The translations under genes were made by a program, and so were the position numbers. 64,000 bases of DNA from Eledone cirrhosa (taxonomy: Eukaryota). The stretch is from contig OZ024743.1 of NCBI GenBank assembly GCA_964016885.1, forward strand, positions 130,944,001 through 131,008,000. The letters are read 5' to 3'. The notes under the pieces were generated by a model. The model was not told where the DNA came from. It did no database searches and was given only the letters and a program-made list of their open reading frames with translations. Positions 56,501-64,000 of the stretch are shown here, in pieces (the first letter of the stretch is position 1; every line of letters starts with the position of its first letter).

Positions 56501-59500
56501 CTGTTTGCTGTTTGGTGTTTGTTGTTTGGTGTTTGTTGATTGGTGTTTGCTGTTTGGTGTTTGGTATTTGGTGTTTGCTGTTTGGTGTCTGCTTTTTGGT
56601 GTTTGGTGTTTGCTGTATGTTGTTTGCTGTTTGGTGTTTGGTGTTTGGTGTTTCGTGTTTGCTGCTTGGTGCTTGGTGTTTGGTGCTTGGGGCTTGGTGT
56701 TTGGTGCCTGGTGCTTGGTACTTGGTTGTTTGGTGTTTGGTGCTTGGTGCTTGGGGCTTGGAGTTTGGTGTTTGGTGCTTGGTGCTTGGTGTTTTGTGTT
56801 TGGTGTTTGGTTTTTGGTGCTTGGTGCTTGGTGCTTGGCGCTTGGTCCTTGGTGTTTGGTGCTTGGTGCTTGGTGTTTGTACTTGGTGCTTGGTGCTTGG
56901 TGTTTGGTTCTTGGTTCTTGGTCTTTGGTACTTGGTGCTTGGTTCTTGGTGCTTGGTGTTTGGTGTTTGGTGCTTGGTGTTTGGTGCTTGGTGCTTGGTG
57001 CTTGGTGCTTGGTGTTAGGTGTTTGGTGCTTGGTGCTTGGTGTTTGGTGCTTGGTGTTTGCTGTTTGGTGTTTGGTGTTTGGTGTTAGGTGTTTGCTGTT
57101 TGGTGTCTGCTTTTTGGTGTTTGGTGTTTGCTGTATGGTGTTTGCTGTTTCGTGTTTGGTGTTTGCTGTTTGGTGTTTGGTGCTTCGTGTTTGGTGTTTG
57201 TTTTTGGTGCTTGGTGTCTGGTGCTTGATGTTTGGTGTTTGGTGCTTGGTGTTTGGTGTTTGGTGCTTGGTGCTTGGTGTTTGGTGCTTGGTGCTTGGTG
57301 TTTGGTGTTTGGTTCTTGGTGCTTGGTATTTGGTGCTTGGTGCTTGCTGCTTGGTGTTTGGTGCTTGGTGATTGATGCTTGGTGTTTGGTGCTTGGTGCT
57401 CAGTGTTTGGTTTTTGGTGCTAGGTGCTTGGTGCATGGTGTTTGGTGCTTGGTGTTTGGTGTTTGGTGGTTGGTGCTTGGGGATTGGTGTTTGGTACTTG
57501 GTGCTTGGTGCTTGGTGTTTGGTGCTTGGTGCTTGGTGTTTGTTGTTTGTTGCTTGGTGCTTGGTGTTTGGTGCTTGGTGCTTGGTGTTTGGTGTTTGGT
57601 GCTTGGTGCTTGGTGTTTGGTGCTTGGTGCTTGGTGCTTGTTGTTTGGTGATTGGTGCTTGGTGCTTGGTGTTTGGTGTTTGGTGTTTGATGCTTGGTGT
57701 TTGGTGTTTGGTGCTTGGTGCTTGGGGCTTGGTGTTTGGTGCTTGGTGCATGTTGCTTGGTGTTTGGTGCTTGGTGCTTGGTGTTTGGTGTCTGGTGTTT
57801 GGTGCTTGGTGCTTGGTGTTTGGTGCTTGGTGCTTGGTGCTGGGTGGTTGGTATTTGGTGCTTGGTGCTTGGTGTTTGGTGCTTGGTGCTTGGTGCTTGG
57901 TGTTTGGTGCTTGGTGCTTGGTGCTTGGTCTTTGGTGCTTGGTGTTTGGTGTTTGGTGCTTGGTGCTTTGTGTTTGGTGCTTGGTGATTAGTGTTTGGTG
58001 CTTGGTGCTTGGGGTTTGGTGTTTGGTGCTTGGTACTTGGTGTTTGGTGCTTGGTGTTTGGTGTTTGCTGTTTGGTGTTTGGTGTTTGGTGTTTGCTGTT
58101 TGGTGTCTGCTTTTTGGTGTTTGGTGTTTGCTGTATGATGTTTGCTGTTTCGTGTTTGGTGTTTGCTGTTTGGTGTTTGGTGTTTACTGTTTGGTGTTTG
58201 GTCTTTGGTGCTTGGTGCTTGGTGCTTGGTGTTTGCTGTTTGGTGTTTGGTGCTTGGTGTCTGGTGCTTGGTGTTTGGTGTTTGGTGTTTGGTGCTTGGT
58301 GTTTGGTGTTTGGTGTTTGGTGCCTTGTTGCTTGGTGCTTGGTGCTTGGTGTTTGGTGCTTGGTGCTTGGTGTTTGGTGCTGGGTGCTTGGTGTTTGGTG
58401 CTTGGTGCTTGGTGCTTGGTGTTTGGTGTTTGGTGCTTGGTGCTTGGTGTTTGGTGTTTGGTGTTATATGCTTGGTGTTTGATGCTTGGTGCTTGGTGCT
58501 TGGTGTTTGGTGTTTGGTGCTTGGTGTTTTATGCTTGGTGTTTGATGTTTGGTGCTTGGTGCTTGGTGTTTGGTGCTTGGTGCTTGGTGTTTATACTTGG
58601 TGCTTGGTGCTTGGTTCTTGGTGTTTGGTGCTTGGTGCTTGGTGCTTGGTGCTTGGTGTTTGGTGCTTGGTGTTTGGTGCTTGGTGCCTGGTGCTTGGTG
58701 CTTGGTGCTTGCTGTTTGGTGCTTGGTGTTTGGTGCTTGGTATTAGGTATTTGGTGCTTGGTGCTTGGTGTTTGGTGTTTGGTGCTTGGTGTTTGGTGCT
58801 TGGTGCTTGGTGTTTGGTGTTTGGTGCTTGGTGTTTGGTGCTTGGTACTTGGTGCTTGGTGCTTGGTGTTAGGTGTTTGGTGCTTGGTGCTTATGTTTGG
58901 TTTTTGGTGCTTGGTGCTTGGTGTTTGGTGTTTGGTGCTTGCTGATGGCTGCTTGGTGTTTGGTGCTTGGTGATAGGTGCTTGGTGTTTGGTGCTTGGTG
59001 TTTGGTGTTTGGTACTAGGTGCTTGGTGCTTGGTGTGTGGTGCTTGGTGCTTTGGTTTGGTGTTTGGTGCTTGGTGCTTGGTGTTTGGTGCTTGGTGCTG
59101 GGTTCTGGGTGGTTGGTCTTTGGTGCTTGGTGTTTGGTGCTGGGTGCTTGGTGTTTGGTGCTTGGTGCTTGGTCTTTGGTGCTTGGTGTTTGGTGTTTGG
59201 TGTTTGGTGCTTGGTGCTTGGTGCTTGGTGTTTGGTGCTTGGTGCTTGGTGTTTGGTGCTTGGTGCTTAGTGTTTGGTGCTAGGTGCTTGGGGTTTGGTG
59301 TTTGGTGCTTGGTGCTTGGTGTTTGGTGCTTGGTGCTTGGTGTTTGGTGTTTGGTGCTTGGTGCTTGGTGTTTGGTGTTTGCTGTTTGCTGTTTGGTGTT
59401 TGTTGTTTGGTGTTTGTTGTTTGGTGTTTGCTGTTTGGTGTTTGGTGTTTGGTGTTTGCTGTTTGGTGTCTGCTTTTTGGTGTTTGGTGTTTGCTGTATG

Positions 59501-62500
59501 TTATTTGCTCTTTGGTGCTTGGTGCTTGGTGTTTGGTGCTTGGTGCTTGGTGTTTGGTGCTGGGTGCTTGGTGTTTGGTGCTTGGTGCTTGGTGCTTGGT
59601 GTTTGGTGTTTGGTGCTTGGTGCTTGGTGTTTGGTGTTTGGTGTTATATGCTTGGTGTTTGATGCTTGGTGCTTGGTGCTTGGTGTTTGGTGTTTGGTGC
59701 TTGGTGTTTTATGCTTGGTGTTTGATGTTTGGTGCTTGTTGCTTGGTGTTTGGTGCTTGGTGCTTGGTGTTTATACTTGGTGCTTGGTGCTTGGTTCTTG
59801 GTGTTTGGTGCTTGGTGCTTGGTGCTTGGTGCTTGGTGTTTGGTGCTTGGTGTTTGGTGCTTGGTGCCTGGTGCTTGGTGCTTGGTGCTTGCTGTTTGGT
59901 GCTTGGTGTTTGGTGCTTGGTATTAGGTATTTGGTGCTTGGTGCTTGGTGTTTGGTGTTTGGTGCTTGGTGTTTGGTGCTTGGTGCTTGGTGTTTGGTGT
60001 TTGGTGTTGGTGTTTGGTGCTTGGTACTTGGTGCTTGGTGCTTGGTGTTAGGTGTTTGGTGCTTGGTGCTTGGTGTTTGGTTTTTGGTGCTTGGTGCTTG
60101 GTGTTTGGTGTTTGGTGCTTGCTGCTGGCTGCTTGGTGTTTGGTGCTTGGTGATAGGTGCTTGGTGTTTGGTGCTTGGTGTTTGGTGTTTGGTACTAGGT
60201 GCTTGGTGCTTGGTGTGTGGTGCTTGGTGCTTTGGTTTGGTGCTTGGTGTTTGGTGCTTGGTGCTTGGTGTTTGGTGCTTGGTGCTTGGTGTTTGGTGCT
60301 TGGTGCTTGGTGTTTGTGTTTGGTGCTTGGTGCTTGGTGTTTGCTGTTTGCTGTTTGCTGTTTGGTGTTTGTTGTTTGGTGTTTGTTGTTTGGTGTTTGC
60401 TGTTTGGTGTTTGGTGTTTGGTGTTTGCTGTTTGGTGTCTGCTTTTTGGTGTTTGGTGTTTGTTGTATGTTATTTGCTGTTTGGTGTTTGGTGTTTGGTG
60501 TTTGGTGCAGGGTGCTTGGTGTTTGGTGCTTGGTGCTTGGTGTTTGGTGCTTGGTGCTTGGTGCTTGGTGTTTGGTGTTTGGTGCTTGGAGTTTGGTGTT
60601 TGGTGTTTGCTGCATGGTGTTTTGTGTTTGGTGTTTGGTTTTTGGTGCTTGGTGCTTGGTGCTTGGTGCTTGGTGCTTGGTGTTTGGTGCTTGGTGCTTG
60701 GTGTTTGTACTTGGTGCTTGGTGCTTGGTGTTTGGTTCTTGGTTCTTGGTGTTTGGTACTTGGTGCTTGGTGCTTGGTGCTTGGTGTTTGGTGTTTGGTG
60801 TTTGGTGCTTGGTGTTTGGTGCTTGGTGTTTGGTGTTTGCTGTTTGGTGTTTCGTGTTTGGTGTTTGGTGTTTGGTGTTTGGTGTCTGCTTTTTGGTGTT
60901 TGGTGTTTGCTGTATGGTGTTTGCTGTTTCGTGTTTGGTGTTTGCTGATTGGTGTTTGGTGTTTGCTGTTTGGTGTTTGGTCTTTGGTGCTTGGTATTTG
61001 GTGCTTGGTGCTTGGTGTTTGGTGTTTGGTGCTTGGTGCTTGGTGCTTCGTGTTTGGTGTTTGGTGCTTGGTGTCTGGAGCTTGGTGTTTTGTGTGTGGT
61101 GCTTGGTGTTTGGTGTTTGGTGCTTGGTGCTTGGTGTTTGGTGCTTGGTGCTTGGTGTTTGTACTTGGTGCTTGGTGCTTGGTGTTTGGTGCTTGGTTCT
61201 TGGTGTTTGGTGCTTGGTGTTTGGTGCTTGGTGCTTGGTGTTTGGTGCTTGGTGCTTGGTGCTTGGTGCTTGGTGTTAGGTGTTTGGTGCTTGGTGCTTG
61301 GTGTTTGGTGTTTGGTTCTTGGTGCTTGGTATTTGGTGCTTGGTGCTTGCTGCTTGGTGTTTGGTGCTTGGTGATTGATGCTTGGTGTTTGGTGCTTGGT
61401 GCTTGGTGTTTGGTTTTTGGTGCTAGGTGCTTGGTGCTTGGTGTTTGGTGCTTGGTGTTTGGTGTTTGGTGCTTGGTGCTTGGTGTTTGGTACTTGGTGC
61501 TTGGTGCTTGGTGTTTGGTGCTTGGTGCTTGGTGTTTGGTGTTTGGTGTTTGGTGCTTGGTGCTTGGTGTTTGGTGCTTGGTGCTTGGTGCTGGGTGGTT
61601 GGTGTTTGGTGCTTGGTGCTTGGTGTTTGGTGCTAGGTGCATAGTGCTTGGTGTTTGGTGCTTGGTGCTTGGTGCTTGGTCTTTGGTGTTTGGTGTTTAG
61701 TGCTTGGTGCTTGGTGCTTGGTGCTTGGTGCATGGACCTTGGTGTTTGGTGCTTGGTGCTTGGTGTTTGGTGTTTGGTGCTTGGTCCTTGGTGCTTCGTG
61801 TTTGGTGTTTGGTGCTTGGTGTCTGGAGCTTGGTGTTTGGTGTTTGGTGCTTGGTGCTTGGTGTTTATACTTGGTGCTTGGTGCTTGGTGTTTGGTGCTT
61901 GGTTCTTGGTGTTTGGTGCTTGGTGTTTGGAGCATGGTGCTTGGTGTTTGGTGCTTGGTGCTTGGTGTTTGTACTTGGTGCTTGGTGCTTGCAGTTTGGT
62001 GCTTGGTTCTTGGTGTTTGGTGCTTGGTGTTTGGAGCTTGGTGCTTGGTGTTTGGTGCTTGGTGCTTGGTGTTTGGTGTTTGGTGCCTGGTGCTTGGTGT
62101 TTGGTGTTTGGTGCTTGGTGTTTGGTGTTTGGTGCTTGGTGCTTGGTGTTTGTTGCTTGGTACTTGGTGCATGGTGTTTGGTGCTGGGTGCTTGGTGTTT
62201 GGTGCTTGGTGTTTGGTGCTTGGTGCTTGGTGTTTGGTGTTTGGTGTTTGATGCTTGGTGTTTTATGCTTGGTGCTTGGTGTTTGGTGCTTGGTGTTTGT
62301 ACTTGGTGCTTGGTGCTTGGTGTTTTGTGCTTGGTTCTTGGGGTTTGGTGTTTGGTGCTTGGTACTTGGTGCTTGGTGTTAGGTGTTTGGTGCTTGGTGC
62401 TTGGTGTTTGGTGTTTGGTCCTTGGTGCTTGGTGCTTGGTGTTTAGTGCTTGGTGCTTGGTGTTTGTTGTTTGGTGCTTTCTGTTTGCTGCTTGGTGTTT

Positions 62501-64000
62501 GCTGCTTGGTGCTTGGTGCTTGGTGTTTGGTGTTTGGTGCTAGGTGCTTGGTGTTTGGTGTTTGGTGTTTGATGCTTGGTGTTTGGTGCTTGGTGTTTGG
62601 TGCTTGGTGCTTGGGGCTTGGTGTTTGGTGCTTGGTGCTTGGTGCTTGGTGTTTGGTGCTTGGTGCTTGGTGTTTGCTGTTTGGTGTTTGGTGCTTGGTG
62701 CTTGGTGTTTGGTGCTTGGTGCTTGGTGCTGGGTGGTTGGTATTTGGTGCTTGGTGCTTGGTGTTTGTTGCTTGGTGCTTGGTGCTTGGTGTTTGGTGCT
62801 TGGTGCTTGGTGCTTGGTCTTTGGTGCTTGGTGTTTGGTGTTTGGTGCTTGGTGCTTTGTGTTTGGTGCTTGGTGATTAGTGTTTGGTGCTTGGTACTTG
62901 GTGTTTGGTGCTTGGTGTTTGGTGTTTGCTGTTTGGTGTTTGGTGTTTGGTGTTTGCTGTTTGGTGTCTGCTTTTTGGTGTTTGGTGTTTGCTGTATGGT
63001 GTTTGCTGTTTCGTGTTTGGTGTTTGCTGTTTGGTGTTTGGTGTTTGCTGTTTGGTCTTTGGTCTTTGGTGCTTGGTGTTTGGTGCTTGTTGCTTGGTGT
63101 TTGGTGTTTGGTGCTTGGTGTTTGGTGTTTGGTGCTTGGTGCTTGGTGCTTGGTGTTTGGTGCTTGGTGTCTGGTGCTTGGTGTCTGGTGCTTGGTGTTT
63201 GGTGTTTGGTGTTTGGTGCTTGGTGTTTGGTGTTTGGTGTTTGGTGTTTGGTGTTTGTTGCTTGGTGCTTGGTGCTTGGTGTTTAGTGCTTGGTGCTTGG
63301 TGTTTGGTGCTGGGTGCTTGGTGTTTGGTGCTTGGTGCTTGGTGTTTGGTGTTTGGTGCTTGGTGCTTGGTGTTTGGTGTTTGGTGTTATATGCTTGGTG
63401 TTTGGTGCTTGGTGCTTGGTGTTTGGTGTTTGGTTCTTGATGCTTGGTATTTGGTGCTTGGTGCTTGCTGCTTGGTGTTTGGTGCTTGGTGATTGATGCT
63501 TGGTGTTTGGTGCTTGGTGCTTGGTGTTTGGTTTTTAGTGCTAGGTGCTTGGTGCATGGTGTTTGGTGCTTGGTGTTTGGTGTTTGGTGCTTGGTGCTTG
63601 GTGTTTGGTACTTGGTGCTTGGTGCTTGGTGTTTGGTGCTTGGTGCTTGGTGTTTGGTGTTTGGTGTTTGGTGCTTGGTGCTTGGTGTTTGGTGCTTGGT
63701 GCTTGGTGCTGGGTGGGCGGTGTTTGGTGCTTGGTGCTTGGTGTTTCGTGCTAGGTGCATGGTGCTTGGTGTTTGGTGCTTGGTGCTTGGTGCTTGATCT
63801 TTGGTGTTTGGTGTTTAGTGCTTGGTGCTTGGTGCTTGGTGCTTGGTGCTTGGTCCTTGGTGTTTGGTGCTTGGTGCTTGGTGTTTGGTGTTTGGTGCTT
63901 GGTGTCTGGAGCTTGGTGTTTGGTGTTTGGTGCTTGGTGTTTGGTTTTTGGTGCTTGGTGCTTGGTGTTTGGTGCTTGGTGCTTGGTGTTTGTACTTGGT

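Larger units (their letters stand above)
39690..61946. repeat. ~10-kb tandem segmental duplication (copy 1 ~39690-51915, 12.2 kb including an extra internal duplication; copy 2 ~51916-61946)
   Basis: Collinear ORF pairs 40147/52372, 42342/54567, 43902/56127 and 44175/56400 (offset 12225), 45160/57372 (12212), 48912/58873 and 49313/59274 (9961), and 51396/61427 (10031). Terminal motifs ATGGACC and TTGGAGC-ATGG occur at ~51701/61732 and ~51896/61927. Confidence 0.88.
1..64000. repeat. Simple satellite array of 7-bp monomer TTGGTGY (TTGGTGC/TTGGTGT; reverse complement GCACCAA/ACACCAA), running off both ends of the window
   Basis: Every line parses as head-to-tail TTGGTGC/TTGGTGT units with scattered substitutions and rare 6-, 8- or 9-bp units. 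Orientation is constant, the + strand is almost entirely G/T, and A occurs only in variant units. Confidence 0.99.

Noticed and set aside
1191-62385. Scattered TTAGG pentamers resembling the arthropod telomere motif
   Set aside because: They are always isolated T-to-A variants of the heptamer propagated by block duplication, never tandem. No TTAGGG or TTTAGGG arrays were seen.
292-63060. Recurring conserved module with variable intervening DNA, superficially like a CRISPR or cassette array
   Set aside because: The intervening DNA is the same satellite, hundreds to thousands of bp long and duplicated. There are no unique spacers, palindromic repeats or cas genes.
390-63760. Minus-strand mucin-like or CTD-like heptad ORFs (STKHQAP/NTKHQTP)
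   Set aside because: These are the reverse translation of the satellite. ATG starts arise from sporadic CAT variants, overlapping frames are equivalent, and there is no signal peptide or unique terminus. It is not the YSPTSPS heptad of RNA polymerase II.
5-63797. Hundreds of long + strand ORFs encoding hydrophobic Trp/Cys-rich, membrane-like proteins (up to 808 aa)
   Set aside because: All three frames give the same heptad, starts are mostly TTG/GTG within the repeat, frameshifting 6- and 8-bp units are common, and there is no non-repetitive domain.
1-64000. Cyanobacterial STRR-type heptamer repeats or bacterial contingency-locus VNTR
   Set aside because: Those are short tracts among genes. 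A gene-free array of at least 64 kb with nested kb duplications does not fit, and the motif differs.
1-64000. Pure sequencing or basecalling artefact, or synthetic low-complexity sequence
   Set aside because: Rare variants recur collinearly with consistent offsets and nested shared changes, as expected from descent. Individual near-identical duplications could still be mis-assemblies and need read support.
1-64000. C/T string as an information-bearing binary code or diversity-generating cassette store
   Set aside because: No reader, recombinase, reverse transcriptase or expression site is present. Mutation plus duplication explains the pattern.
1-64000. Hairpins, terminators, inverted repeats or structured RNA genes
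   Set aside because: The + strand is nearly devoid of A and no reverse-orientation (CACCAA) tract was seen, so there are no extended Watson-Crick stems.

Overview
The whole 64 kb is one uninterrupted, single-orientation tandem array of the heptamer TTGGTGY (TTGGTGC and TTGGTGT intermixed; reverse strand RCACCAA), roughly 9,100 monomers. I see no credible protein-coding gene, RNA gene, transposon, CRISPR array or unique sequence. Every ORF in the track is the stop-free translation of the repeat (WCLV[L/F]G[A/V] on +, [S/N]TKHQ[A/T]P on -). This is most plausibly eukaryotic simple satellite DNA (pericentromeric, centromeric or subtelomeric heterochromatin); the organism cannot be determined. 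Rare variant monomers, 1-2 bp indels and the C/T order at position 7 act as a barcode that reveals hidden kilobase-scale structure. This includes nested tandem duplications (offsets 77, 119, 154, 1180, 1576, 2258, 2727, ~2900, 3657, ~6400 and ~10,000-12,200 bp), a reconstructable duplication order, a templated insertion at one duplication junction, and a recurring TTGCTGT-rich sub-domain. Offsets come from matching identical ORFs in the track, spot-checked by eye against diagnostic variants. Breakpoints are approximate (tens of bp). I found no new gene-encoded system; any novelty is in the satellite itself and its architecture.
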